57,936 nucleotides of DNA from Methanothrix sp. (GCA_030372945.1 JAUCQD010000187.1:1-57936); one strand, 5' to 3'. Counted from the stretch's first letter, positions 1 through 9,133 are shown. A program made the numbers and translations. Notes: a model not told the origin generated them from the sequence alone.

Positions 1-4
1 CGCT

Positions 5-38
5 GTCTCGTGGGCTCGGAGATGCGTATAAGAGACAG
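5..38 (+). other. Nextera/Tn5 library adapter remnant (artefact)
   Basis: gtctcgtgggctcggagatgcgtataagagacag matches the Nextera read-2 adapter GTCTCGTGGGCTCGGAGATGTGTATAAGAGACAG with one mismatch. Confidence 0.95.
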
Positions 39-84
39 AGTCAGCGATGCTCCTCACTTCACTACATGTCCACCGCCCACTCGA

Positions 85-585
85 ACAGCTAACCCGAGAG
101 GGTAACACCCAGCAGAGAAACCACTCACTGACCCCGAATGAATGGAGGTAGACGGGACCTTCATATCCTAGGACACGCAGCAAGCAGCATCCAACAACCA
201 CCCGACAACGTCTACCGGTGCACCTTAACAATCTAACATTTACGGACGAACTTCACTCAACACACTCTCTCACTTCTCTCGATAACACTCATGCAACATG
301 CTGAAACGGGGCCAATGACCACCAATCCCAGCTCAGAGGGGGACACGCTGATCCGCTGCAGACGGTAAGAGGGGTCGGTTTCACTGAAGGAACAGAGTGC
401 TCGAATGACTTTCGTATTTACACTCATTCAAGCTGGACGCGAACGACAAATCACACGTTGCGGGCAGCTTGTTCTCAGACACTCCGTCCGCTATCAGCAA
501 CATCGATAGCGAACGGCAGTCTGCGAACGCGCAGAAACCAACCTACGCCGAAGCCCGATAAGGGATAAGGCACCGATCTCAGGAG
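85..585 (+). ncRNA. Candidate large structured non-coding RNA or leader
   Basis: No ORF of 60 aa or more; many helices (92-103, 147-154/209-216, 117-135/371-382, 429-435/465-471, 484-516, 520-535). Confidence 0.35.
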
Positions 586-591
586 GATCAC

Positions 592-897
592 ATGACTTCA
601 AAACGCTCCACCAAACCCGCAATCGCTACTCCCGAAACACCCGTCGCTGCTCCCGAAGCTGCACCCGAAACCAAGGCCAAAGAAGCCCCGGCCGTAACCT
701 TCACTGTCAAAGTCGGTGACATCGTTCTCTCCAAGAAGGGCAACTACTACTACGAAGTGACCAACGTCGTCGAGAACATCGTCACCCTCAAGTGGGTAAT
801 GCCCGGCCACGCCAAGACGGCGTACAGCTACTCACGTCCCATCAAGATGTACCAGATCGGCAAGCAGTACATGCCCGCGGAACTCCCAGCCGCCTAA
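592..897 (+). CDS. Hypothetical early protein with Ala/Pro/Glu/Thr-rich N-terminus
   Basis: AGGAGG RBS; followed by a strong hairpin. Confidence 0.8.
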   Translation: MTSKRSTKPAIATPETPVAAPEAAPETKAKEAPAVTFTVKVGDIVLSKKGNYYYEVTNVVENIVTLKWVMPGHAKTAYSYSRPIKMYQIGKQYMPAELPAA

Positions 898-918
898 CAC
901 AGCCCACATCCCTCCCTC

Positions 919-951
919 AGGGCTACGGCACTCGCACTACGCCGTAGCCCT
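919..951 (+). terminator. Hairpin (terminator or processing site)
   Basis: agggctacggc (919-929) / gccgtagccct (941-951), 11-bp stem; weak U tract. Confidence 0.55.
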
Positions 952-1030
952 ATTCTGGTGGCACTACGTTCATAAGGAAGAATCATACACATAGACGGAA
1001 TCTATCCACGCAGTCAGAAAGGAGAATTGC

Positions 1031-1357
1031 ATGAGTAACACAGTTCGCGGGAAACCCCAAGAAGTCGAGAAGTTCGAGACTCTCGAAAGCTACTTCGGGA
1101 AGTCAATCAACTTCGATCTTCTCCTCGCAAGATTTCTTGCTCGGCTCGAAGCCCGAACAGGCAAGACGATCGTTAAGATTCAACGCTACGTCTGTGGTCC
1201 AGAGGGTGCCGCTGAAAATCAGCGGGGAGTATACACACATCGTCGAGTGAAGGTAATGTTCGACGATGGAACCGTCAAGCGATACTGGTATCGCTTCCCT
1301 CTCTCCAGACACGCCGGCTGGCAGATTTACAAGTCAGCAGTAAAGTCGAGGTGGTAA
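1031..1357 (+). CDS. Hypothetical protein
   Basis: AAGGAG RBS; ORF track. Confidence 0.75.
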   Translation: MSNTVRGKPQEVEKFETLESYFGKSINFDLLLARFLARLEARTGKTIVKIQRYVCGPEGAAENQRGVYTHRRVKVMFDDGTVKRYWYRFPLSRHAGWQIYKSAVKSRW

Positions 1358-1358
1358 G

Positions 1359-1514
1359 ATGAAGCACTTCATCCTTGGTCGACGAATGAAACATCTCTCG
1401 AGAGACACACGTGTCTTTCGAACTCCCTTTGTCGTAGGTCTCCCTGGAACGATGTGGTGGTCGTACTACACTCGAATCGAGTATGATTACTCGGGATTGG
1501 ATCAGAACTCATGA
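1359..1514 (+). CDS. Small hypothetical protein (51 aa)
   Basis: Hand translation MKHFILGRR...; GAGG upstream; ATGA overlap with next ORF. Confidence 0.5.
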   Translation: MKHFILGRRMKHLSRDTRVFRTPFVVGLPGTMWWSYYTRIEYDYSGLDQNS

Positions 1515-1618
1515 CACTCCTACAGTACATCGAGCTCATCATCTTTCTGCAAGCACTCACATTCTTCACTGTCATCTTCGCCACAGTAGCCATCATCGAG
1601 AGAAGTCATCGACAGTGA
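1511..1618 (+). CDS. Small single-TM peptide (35 aa)
   Basis: MTLLQYIELIIFLQALTFFTVIFATVAIIERSHRQ; translational coupling on both sides. Confidence 0.5.
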   Translation: MTLLQYIELIIFLQALTFFTVIFATVAIIERSHRQ

Positions 1619-1747
1619 GTCTCATCATCTTCTTTCTCGTCCTCCTCTATCTCCTCAGACGTTGAACGTTTCACTCCGAGTTCTCCACGCTGTTTGGAGA
1701 ACTCCAGCGAGCCGTTCAGCTCGAATCATTCTCAGGAGGAAAGAGTC

Positions 1748-2116
1748 ATGTTAGCATCCATTTCAACAGTATGTGGTTCACGTTGGGCTTCTTCGGATAG
1801 ATTTGATGTCTTCGAAGAAGAGCTCGATATCGAGCAGGTCAGAGAACTTCGTACCTCTCGGGCTCTCTTACCCAAACAGAAGAATACGCCTCGGTTTCTT
1901 CTCACACAAGAGGTTCGAATTCTTCTCGGGGATTATTCCCGCAAGACACTCTACGTTGAGAAAATTCCCGGCTGCTCGAACGTCCGCATCTTCTGGAGCA
2001 AGGATCGTCACTCCCTTCAAATTCTTCGCGATGATCGGTATCATGTCTCCGAACGCATCTGCGGCAAGATCCTTCTTGCCATTCGTGCGGGGAACTATTG
2101 GATCTCGGCGGTCTGA
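1748..2116 (+). CDS. Hypothetical protein
   Basis: AGGAGG RBS before ATG 1748 (start refined from 1694). Confidence 0.7.
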   Translation: MLASISTVCGSRWASSDRFDVFEEELDIEQVRELRTSRALLPKQKNTPRFLLTQEVRILLGDYSRKTLYVEKIPGCSNVRIFWSKDRHSLQILRDDRYHVSERICGKILLAIRAGNYWISAV

Positions 2117-2117
2117 G

Positions 2118-2426
2118 ATGGAACTTCATCAAGTCACGGCCTCTATCTCGATCGACGATACGAAGACGCTTGTTATCGATAATCTTACTCGTTTCGGTAA
2201 GCAAGGGTGGCAGTGGGACGAAGCCATCTATTGGAAAGGGGTCTTCGAAGATATTCATTTCTACCGTACGAATGAGTTCGGATCTGGTCTCTTTGTAAAG
2301 TCCCCCGACGATGAGCAATTCACGAAGGAGATTGACGAACGAGAATTCAATCTCGGTTGGCTCAATCCCCCATCGATCTTCGGTAAGCTAATCTCACTTC
2401 GTTTCCCTGCGGAGTTCTCTCGATAG
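2118..2426 (+). CDS. Hypothetical protein
   Basis: ATG one base after previous stop; 3' part of track ORF 1773..2426. Confidence 0.65.
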   Translation: MELHQVTASISIDDTKTLVIDNLTRFGKQGWQWDEAIYWKGVFEDIHFYRTNEFGSGLFVKSPDDEQFTKEIDEREFNLGWLNPPSIFGKLISLRFPAEFSR

Positions 2427-2433
2427 GGAATGT

Positions 2434-2532
2434 AAGCTCACCACAACCTCCCCGTGGTGAGCTTCGAAGCTCTCATCAGTGGGGTCCTCTCCTTCCCTGC
2501 TGGTGAGAGCCTCGAAGCTCAACACATGAGCT
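2434..2532. repeat. Three tandem hairpins joined by GAGC(T/C)TCGAAGCTC repeats
   Basis: Stems 2434-2464, 2469-2510, 2516-2532; repeats at 2459-2472 and 2507-2520. Confidence 0.6.
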
Positions 2533-2553
2533 ATCATACACAAGGAGAAAAGC

Positions 2554-2892
2554 ATGAAAAAGGAAAAACGTATCTTCAGTTTGTTGGAGCTGACGCCCGA
2601 AACAGTCAAGCTCCTAGACGAGTTCATCGCCAAGAAGGGATGGTCAGGGAAGATCCAGAAGATGGAGCTCTACACGATCCGTCAGATCCCCGAGACATAT
2701 CCCGAGAGGATGAGACTCTCCCTCAACGAGTTCGGCTCCTACCTCAAAGACAAGAAGTTCCCTACGGAGGGGTGGCTCCGGGCTCGGTTTATTCTTCGAA
2801 AAGAAGATGGAGATATCTGGACGATTCGTATCTGGCTTCACACTCCCAAATGGGAGATGTCCGGAGCTCGGCGTCACTGGTCCAAGGAGTAA
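2554..2892 (+). CDS. Hypothetical protein
   Basis: AAGGAG RBS. Confidence 0.75.
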   Translation: MKKEKRIFSLLELTPETVKLLDEFIAKKGWSGKIQKMELYTIRQIPETYPERMRLSLNEFGSYLKDKKFPTEGWLRARFILRKEDGDIWTIRIWLHTPKWEMSGARRHWSKE

Positions 2893-2895
2893 TTC

Positions 2896-3054
2896 ATGCC
2901 AATTCTCGATCGTGATATCGAAGATACCCGTCAACCGAAGGAATACCCGCAGTGTCCAATCTGCGATGCCTATCTGGAACAAGAACCATTCACCGGCGAA
3001 TGGTTCTGCCCGAAATGTGAATCTGAAGAGGAGGTAAACAATGGTGAGATATGA
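2896..3054 (+). CDS. Small zinc-ribbon protein (52 aa)
   Basis: Hand translation with CPIC...WFCPKC; AAGGAG RBS; below the ORF-track cutoff. Confidence 0.7.
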   Translation: MPILDRDIEDTRQPKEYPQCPICDAYLEQEPFTGEWFCPKCESEEEVNNGEI

Positions 3055-3475
3055 AGTTGTTAATCATGATGATATGACGAGTACTGTTGTTGACATACTA
3101 ACAGGTCTCACAGTTTGTCAATGCAGTAACATCAACGATGAAGAGCATCCCGAAAACGTAGCAATTGATGCCTCAATTCGGGCTACTCGCATTGCTGATA
3201 GTTTGAATGCTCGGGAAGAACCTTCCTCAGCAAATCATCGAGTCCTTGTAGGGAACCCAGGGAGCATCATCCCAGCATCTCTTCAACCAGGAGATATCAT
3301 TTCCATCAAGGTCGTTGCAGTCATGGGACAATCTGGTCGAGATTGGGCAGCGTATTTAGGCCCTGCAGAATGGTCCCCGATCGATATTGCTGACCACGGG
3401 GATAAGATTTCCGAACAAGCAGCAATCGATCTCTTCTACGCTCCCCGCGCAGCTGGTCTGAAGTATTGGAGGTAA
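3041..3475 (+). CDS. Hypothetical protein
   Basis: GGAGG RBS. Confidence 0.75.
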   Translation: MVRYEVVNHDDMTSTVVDILTGLTVCQCSNINDEEHPENVAIDASIRATRIADSLNAREEPSSANHRVLVGNPGSIIPASLQPGDIISIKVVAVMGQSGRDWAAYLGPAEWSPIDIADHGDKISEQAAIDLFYAPRAAGLKYWR

Positions 3476-3476
3476 G

Positions 3477-3788
3477 ATGAAGCAATACATCGTAACAATT
3501 CAAGTCGGTTTGGAGATCTTAGCTGAAACAGCCAAGCAAGCAGGAGACGAAGGTCTCAACGTCCTCAAGGAAGCAATCAAGCCAGATGATCCATTCAGAT
3601 ATCGAACGATTCAGCTCCGTCGTGATCCTGAATGTATCGGTGGGGACGACGATTTGGCTACTGATCTCTGTGAAGAACTAGGAGCCCCCTATGAGACGAT
3701 CGAAACCTGGCTCAAGACTCAACCCGATCGAGATGAAGTCGATATCGAAGTCCTAGTTGAGAGATACGAACATCAGAATTTCTTCTAG
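3477..3788 (+). CDS. Hypothetical protein
   Basis: GGAGG RBS; operonic spacing. Confidence 0.75.
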   Translation: MKQYIVTIQVGLEILAETAKQAGDEGLNVLKEAIKPDDPFRYRTIQLRRDPECIGGDDDLATDLCEELGAPYETIETWLKTQPDRDEVDIEVLVERYEHQNFF

Positions 3789-3797
3789 GAGGTACCC

Positions 3798-4199
3798 ATG
3801 TCATATTCACAACCTCGTCCCTATCTCGTCAAGATGATTACTCAGATCCTCGAAGATGGGATTTCCCAGGACGATAGTCTTCTCGATCCTGAGAAATATC
3901 AGGAGAGACAGTCCCTCACAGCCAATCGCCTGGCTCGATTGATAGAGGGACCGACGCCCATGAGTGGTCGGATTGATGAAGACTACATCTCTCTTCAACT
4001 GATACATATTCAACAGGATAATGCTCTCGGTGAAGATGAGAGGGCTCATGCTCGGGAATTCTATCTCTTCGTGGACTTCATCGAGGCTTTAGCTCACAAC
4101 ACTCCTGACCATTCAGACATTCCCGTCCTCGCCAAACACATACTCGAAGCTCTGGAGATCTCAGTCGATCGTCCTCTTCGTCCCTCGATGGTGTGCTGA
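3798..4199 (+). CDS. Hypothetical protein
   Basis: AGGAGG RBS. Confidence 0.75.
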   Translation: MSYSQPRPYLVKMITQILEDGISQDDSLLDPEKYQERQSLTANRLARLIEGPTPMSGRIDEDYISLQLIHIQQDNALGEDERAHAREFYLFVDFIEALAHNTPDHSDIPVLAKHILEALEISVDRPLRPSMVC

Positions 4200-4275
4200 A
4201 CCTAGCTAGAACTACCGCAGATCTCAAGATATTTCGGGCTGATTTTCAATTCTCTACCAAAGGAGGTATATTCTT

Positions 4276-4521
4276 ATGGCAGAAGTCGAAGAAGTCGGTA
4301 TTCCTCGACGACTCACAGGTGGCATAATTCAAATTCAACTGATTCGATATCTAGGACGTGCCTGCATTGATATTCGAGTCTTCACGAGAGGAGGAGAACC
4401 TACAGGGATTGGAATTCGAATTCCTATCTCCCTCGCAGAAGAGTTTCGACAGGTCTTCTGTGCAGCAATGCAAGACTTCGATGATCTTGAAACTCTTCGA
4501 GGCAAGACAGGAGGTCGATAA
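4276..4521 (+). CDS. PC4/YdbC-like ssDNA-binding protein
   Basis: Y-G...IDIRVF...PTGIGIRIP pattern typical of the PC4 family; AAGGAGG RBS. Confidence 0.7.
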   Translation: MAEVEEVGIPRRLTGGIIQIQLIRYLGRACIDIRVFTRGGEPTGIGIRIPISLAEEFRQVFCAAMQDFDDLETLRGKTGGR

Positions 4522-4522
4522 A

Positions 4523-4954
4523 ATGCCAATCAAACAACTTGAACTCTTTGATTCTCGTTTCAAACCGAAGCCGAAAATCAGCTGTAGGTTCGAGGGAATG
4601 TCTGAGACGACTCTTTTCTCTCTCGCTCAGATAGAATTCTCAAGAGTCGTTCTCCCTGCAATCCTCTCCTCGGACTTTCTGAAAGAATATCAGGATGTAT
4701 ACGTCTCGAGATACATAGAATCATTTAGTTCTCTCGAGAATCTCTCTGAGAAGAGTCAGCAGAAAGTTACTTCCCAGCTTAAACAACTGGCACTCACAGC
4801 TTTCTGGGAGACGATCTGGAATGGAGGTCTAGTCGATGTCATCGCATCCAAAGGTATCAAAGGGGAAGCTGATCCAGTATCTCAAGACTCAAGGAGTAAC
4901 TCTGAGTCGGGAGAACCTGCCAACCCACGGTCGAATGTGGGTAGTCACGAATAA
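4523..4954 (+). CDS. Hypothetical protein
   Basis: AGGAGG RBS before ATG 4523. Confidence 0.65.
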   Translation: MPIKQLELFDSRFKPKPKISCRFEGMSETTLFSLAQIEFSRVVLPAILSSDFLKEYQDVYVSRYIESFSSLENLSEKSQQKVTSQLKQLALTAFWETIWNGGLVDVIASKGIKGEADPVSQDSRSNSESGEPANPRSNVGSHE

Positions 4955-5132
4955 GTTTGGTCAACGCCAAGTCTTCCCATCTCTTCTCGCTGTTGCAACA
5001 TGGATCTCATACGAGCAGCAGAAGAAAGATGACTTGGTTCATCAGAAACTCCAGCAGGAATCGAGTTCTGACCCTGTGGAGAACATTCAATCTGAACCTC
5101 AAGATGTTCCAGAGGGTCAGAATACACTCTAA
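4836..5132 (+). CDS. Hypothetical protein
   Basis: GGAGG RBS; overlaps the previous ORF tail. Confidence 0.6.
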   Translation: MSSHPKVSKGKLIQYLKTQGVTLSRENLPTHGRMWVVTNKFGQRQVFPSLLAVATWISYEQQKKDDLVHQKLQQESSSDPVENIQSEPQDVPEGQNTL

Positions 5133-5142
5133 GGAGGTGCCC

Positions 5143-5427
5143 ATGGCACAGTCAATGCATCCGATTTTAGTCGACCCCGCTCCTGCTCCCATCCCGACGG
5201 GATATGTAACAATCGATCTTAACGTCAGGGTTCACCCTGACAAATCACGGTGGTACGACCCCGATGGTGCAGGATCAGCCTCTCATCTCCTCACTCTCCC
5301 CGCAGCTGCTGCCTCCTCAATCGACGTAACTCTGATTTACAAGGCTCTGCTTCAAGAAGCAGAGATCATGCGTCAAACCGTCCTGGCTGAAGAAGCCTCG
5401 AAGAAATCGGACTCTAGTAAGTCCTAG
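5143..5427 (+). CDS. Hypothetical protein
   Basis: AAGGAGG RBS before ATG 5143. Confidence 0.7.
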   Translation: MAQSMHPILVDPAPAPIPTGYVTIDLNVRVHPDKSRWYDPDGAGSASHLLTLPAAAASSIDVTLIYKALLQEAEIMRQTVLAEEASKKSDSSKS

Positions 5428-5473
5428 GCATGCGCCTACTGATTAGTCCACACATGAAAAGGAGCTAGAGAAA

Positions 5474-5977
5474 ATGCAAAATGCTCAAATTACCCCTGGT
5501 GTCGAGGCCCTCTCAACACTCAACAGACAGCTCGTAGAGACCCTTCTTCATGCCATCTCCCTCTACAATGACAGAATAGGGGAATATGTTCCCGTTCGAT
5601 TGAGAATTGCTCCTGACGGAGATCGGTCGAAGATTCAGATTGCTCTCTTCGATTATGAGAGGAAGTCAACTATAATCTTCGATATCTCTCCTTCGTACGT
5701 CGTAACAAAACCAGCCCGGCCCTCGACAGAGACACTCGCAGAGAGATACAACATCAAGTATCTTCGGGAGTCCCTCTCTCGTCTTCGTCAGAAAATCTCT
5801 CAGAGTCAAGGAGAGGATATTCCCCCTACTCGTCTCCTTCAAACAGAAGCTCGTCTTCAGACACTCCTCTGGGATGCTCTTCAGTCGAACTTCGGGACTG
5901 TCTCCCTGTCTCCCGAAGGAAACTACCTGCCAGAAGTTGATCGAGAATTCGACGAGGGAGACCTCCCGGACGAGTAG
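5474..5977 (+). CDS. Hypothetical protein
   Basis: AAGGAG RBS. Confidence 0.75.
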   Translation: MQNAQITPGVEALSTLNRQLVETLLHAISLYNDRIGEYVPVRLRIAPDGDRSKIQIALFDYERKSTIIFDISPSYVVTKPARPSTETLAERYNIKYLRESLSRLRQKISQSQGEDIPPTRLLQTEARLQTLLWDALQSNFGTVSLSPEGNYLPEVDREFDEGDLPDE

Positions 5978-5984
5978 CACAAAA

Positions 5985-6050
5985 GTCTAATGTTCTTTTA
6001 ATCCTCTTTTAAGGTTCACAATTTATAATATAGATATAAAAAAAAAGGAG
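5985..6050 (+). promoter_or_regulatory. AT-rich intergenic region, possible promoter
   Basis: TATAAT at 6024-6029; no clear -35 box. Confidence 0.35.
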
Positions 6051-6060
6051 AACATCACAC

Positions 6061-6630
6061 GTGAACATTTTTCGAGGACAAGAAGTTTTCGACCAACTCC
6101 CTGAGGTCTCACAACAATTCCTTCAGACAAAAGCTCAAGAAGTGGGGGCTGTGTTCGCAGTCTTCTCGAAGGACCCAGATCTCTTCAAAGGCAGGGGAAG
6201 AATTCTCGAGGGCACAGTTCGAGTCAGCTTGATGTCAGATACCCGAACGACGCTCTACTCAACTCAATTCCCAGGCAAGACTCGAAAGCTTAAGAGACCC
6301 CCTTCTGATACAGACGACTTCTGCGAACCGATGGAGGAGGGAGACGAACAAGAGTCATCTCGGCCTCTCGTCTCAAGAGGCTTTCGAGGAGATCCAGGTC
6401 CGTCAGAATCGATCGGAGGTGTTCCCTGGGATGTACAATCGACAGTTGGGACGGATGAAGGGCTCGATGTCAGATGTGCAAACTGTCATCAGCAGACATC
6501 TCTCCACTACTCCATCTACGGTTTCAAACCATCTTCGATGGACAAAGTCGATCATTTCTGCCCTGATTGCGCAGATGCTCTTGGGGTCATCTCGCTCGAC
6601 GATGCTGATCCTTCAACTTATGGTATGTAG
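6061..6630 (+). CDS. Hypothetical protein with C-terminal CxxC...CxxC zinc finger
   Basis: CANC...FCPDC; AAGGAG RBS. Confidence 0.7.
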   Translation: MNIFRGQEVFDQLPEVSQQFLQTKAQEVGAVFAVFSKDPDLFKGRGRILEGTVRVSLMSDTRTTLYSTQFPGKTRKLKRPPSDTDDFCEPMEEGDEQESSRPLVSRGFRGDPGPSESIGGVPWDVQSTVGTDEGLDVRCANCHQQTSLHYSIYGFKPSSMDKVDHFCPDCADALGVISLDDADPSTYGM

Positions 6631-6638
6631 GAGGTGAT

Positions 6639-6962
6639 ATGGATGAAAGTCTACAACAGCTAATAGGTCTTGTGAGGAACCTCTCTCCCGAACTCTGGCG
6701 GATAGCTCTCCTTCAGAATGGGAATAAGGCTACGCTCGATTTAGTCTTCGGGGGAATTGGGATCGTTCTGAGTATTGTAGTAGACGTGATATATTTTCGT
6801 CACTGGAAGGAGATTGATTCAACCTCGACGATAATCGCTTGGGTTATCATGATAATCCTCTATCTCTTCACCCTAACCTTTCTGGGAGAAGCCTGGTTGA
6901 GATTCTCTAATCCGGAGTACTATGCACTGGACTATCTCTTGTCTGGAATCTGCTGGAGGTAA
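6639..6962 (+). CDS. Membrane protein with two TM helices
   Basis: Two hydrophobic stretches; C-terminal NPEYYAL; AGGAGG RBS. Confidence 0.75.
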   Translation: MDESLQQLIGLVRNLSPELWRIALLQNGNKATLDLVFGGIGIVLSIVVDVIYFRHWKEIDSTSTIIAWVIMIILYLFTLTFLGEAWLRFSNPEYYALDYLLSGICWR

Positions 6963-6963
6963 A

Positions 6964-7191
6964 ATGGCTGATACCCAACTCATAATCAACCTGAAGGTCT
7001 ACCCTGCTCTACAAGGAGCCAAGAGTCTCGAAGATGTTCTCTGTCATGCAACTCTTATTGCAGGGGGACTCGTCCCTGTAGAATCCACGACAGACGAAGC
7101 AGCGGGAACATTTGCGTTTCTTCACTACAACTACGACTGCGATCGCTGCCCGATGGTTGACAAATGTCTCTGCATGAAAGTCAATGAGTGA
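6964..7191 (+). CDS. Small Cys-rich hypothetical protein
   Basis: GGAGG RBS; CDRCP...C motif. Confidence 0.65.
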   Translation: MADTQLIINLKVYPALQGAKSLEDVLCHATLIAGGLVPVESTTDEAAGTFAFLHYNYDCDRCPMVDKCLCMKVNE

Positions 7192-7200
7192 GGAGGTGTC

Positions 7201-7437
7201 ATGGGAGAATGGATTATTGTTCGATGGAGTAAACATTCCTCCGACTGGGAAACAATCTCAGACGGTGAGGATGCAAAAGCAACGACACTCGACAAAACAT
7301 TCAAAACGTATCAGGAGGCAGAAGATGCATGCCGTCTTCTTCTCAAAGAAGAACCTGACAGTTTCTTCGGGATCTTCCGGCTCTACAAACTCGGAAGTAC
7401 ACAAGTCCCACCCCCAGACATATCTATGTTGAGGTAA
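7201..7437 (+). CDS. Hypothetical protein
   Basis: AGGAGG RBS. Confidence 0.7.
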   Translation: MGEWIIVRWSKHSSDWETISDGEDAKATTLDKTFKTYQEAEDACRLLLKEEPDSFFGIFRLYKLGSTQVPPPDISMLR

Positions 7438-7505
7438 CTCGATGGAGTGGCTCTTTCTGATCCTCATTCTTAAGTATCTATTTTCGAAATCAAGGAGGTA
7501 AACTT

Positions 7506-7790
7506 ATGACAAAAGATGATCTTCACAGTAAGCGAAGAACTCTTCTGGTAGCTGAACTGAATGATCTTCAGGCCTATCAAGTCGTGTTCGAATCCCGTCT
7601 TGATTCAGAAGACTCGTCTCGATGGAAGACAGCTCTCGACTCTCTCTTTGGGAAGGGAGCCTGGGTACTCGTTGGTAAACCTACGAGTGACCCACGATCG
7701 TTGTATGTAGTGGCGAAACAGTCTCTCTGTCTATCAGTCCCGAGAATTGCAGCTGTTCGTCTCCTGACTCGAGTTCCCGAGGTCACATGA
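7506..7790 (+). CDS. Hypothetical protein
   Basis: AAGGAGG RBS. Confidence 0.7.
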   Translation: MTKDDLHSKRRTLLVAELNDLQAYQVVFESRLDSEDSSRWKTALDSLFGKGAWVLVGKPTSDPRSLYVVAKQSLCLSVPRIAAVRLLTRVPEVT

Positions 7791-8215
7791 GCATGTCGCC
7801 TGAAGTCTCGAATCTAATCAATCGAGATGGTCATGTCTGCAGGAATCTTGAGACAGTCGAAGTCGATCAGGGACTTCACCTCCTGAGGTGTCTCGACTGT
7901 CAGGAGGATGTTCTTCGAGAAGTACCTCGACCTCACCTCATGACTCACATTCCCTTAATATATCAGAGAAAGTCGATCTTCTCTCTCGATGAGGAGATAC
8001 CACCAGTACGATTCTTTGCCCTCTTCAGACTAATAGAGGATCTTCGACAAGAATATTTCTCGACAGATGCGGTCTATCCAGGTCTGTTTGTTACCCTTGA
8101 TGAATCCCTTCAGCCATTCATCCTGTTGATTAACGACGGGCATATCCAAGCTTACATCTGGGATCCCTCGACAGAAACGTGGGTTTTCAGAAAGGAGATA
8201 CAGCATGAAAGTTGA
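7787..8215 (+). CDS. Hypothetical protein
   Basis: ATGA overlap with previous ORF. Confidence 0.7.
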   Translation: MSMSPEVSNLINRDGHVCRNLETVEVDQGLHLLRCLDCQEDVLREVPRPHLMTHIPLIYQRKSIFSLDEEIPPVRFFALFRLIEDLRQEYFSTDAVYPGLFVTLDESLQPFILLINDGHIQAYIWDPSTETWVFRKEIQHES

Positions 8216-8666
8216 TCTTCGAATCGAGACGACATCTCAATACTTACTCGACGAGAAGGGGGAGAAGAAGATTACTCTCAATCTCGAAGTTTCGGATCGA
8301 GTCTCTCAAGAGAGGGGAGGGAGAATCTACATCTTCGACGACCTTTCGGACAATCCAGTTGCTGACATCATGACAGGATATCGATACAATCGTCCCCAGA
8401 GGTGGTATCACCTCTGGCTCTCAACTGCCCTGAAGGCCCTCTGGGAGAAGCATCCCGATCTCTCGAAGATCCCACTCCCGACGGAATATCGATGGTCTCA
8501 ATATGCAGGGTGTTCTTGTCCCTGTTCACCTGGGTTCATCTGTCGGGATCTTGGGAAGATCAATCTCTGGATTACAATTACGAATCTCGAAGTTGATGTG
8601 TCATCTCCTGTAACGATGTCAACTCTATTCAATATTTCTATCCCAACCCCGGAGGCAGATCAATGA
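8205..8666 (+). CDS. Hypothetical phage protein with WSQYAGCSCPCSPGF motif
   Basis: AAGGAG RBS; Cys motif suggests metal binding. Confidence 0.7.
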   Translation: MKVDLRIETTSQYLLDEKGEKKITLNLEVSDRVSQERGGRIYIFDDLSDNPVADIMTGYRYNRPQRWYHLWLSTALKALWEKHPDLSKIPLPTEYRWSQYAGCSCPCSPGFICRDLGKINLWITITNLEVDVSSPVTMSTLFNISIPTPEADQ

Positions 8667-9133
8667 CATATACTTCTGTAGCAGACGCAATGACAGCAGC
8701 TGAGAATACTCGAGACGATCTTCGAATACATCTCGAGAACTCTGTTGTAAATCTTCTGGCGATTCTGAAATCTCCCGAAACTGATCAAACGTTGACTTCT
8801 CTCGTCGAAGCGGGGACTCGCTTCTCCGATGGGTTGAATGAGTATGTTCGGGTAAAAAATCTTCTCGAGGTTCTGAATCAGATTCAGCCGGGAATCTCGA
8901 CAGTCCCGAGGGAACAGTTCGAAGCTCTCGAAAGTCTTGTTGATCGTCTCGAGGGTCAACTGGAAGATCTCCCCGATGATCAAGAGTTCGAAAGAGCTCT
9001 AGATCGTCTGAATGATGCGATTGAGACTATTCGTACACCAGCTGGGTTCTCTGAAGAAATTCAGAGGGGTTTCGATGAAGCTCATCGTCAGATTACACAG
9101 ATTCGTCATCTCCTTGGAGAGGAAGTTAGTTAG
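8663..9133 (+). CDS. Helical or coiled-coil hypothetical protein
   Basis: GGAGG RBS; heptad-like pattern. Confidence 0.7.
   Translation: MTYTSVADAMTAAENTRDDLRIHLENSVVNLLAILKSPETDQTLTSLVEAGTRFSDGLNEYVRVKNLLEVLNQIQPGISTVPREQFEALESLVDRLEGQLEDLPDDQEFERALDRLNDAIETIRTPAGFSEEIQRGFDEAHRQITQIRHLLGEEVS

Noticed and set aside
1-38. Possible terminal repeat or transposon end
   Set aside because: Matches the Nextera/Tn5 mosaic-end adapter, so it is a library artefact and position 1 is not a biological terminus
75-345. Fragments resembling the c-di-AMP (ydaO) riboswitch (cagctaacccg at 86-96; gctgaa...aggggga near 300-343)
   Set aside because: The motifs are in the wrong order and other conserved elements are missing; cannot be supported without a covariance-model search
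2434-2532. CRISPR mini-array
   Set aside because: Repeats are only 14 bp with two full copies, the spacer is self-complementary, and no cas operon is present; kept only as a structured element
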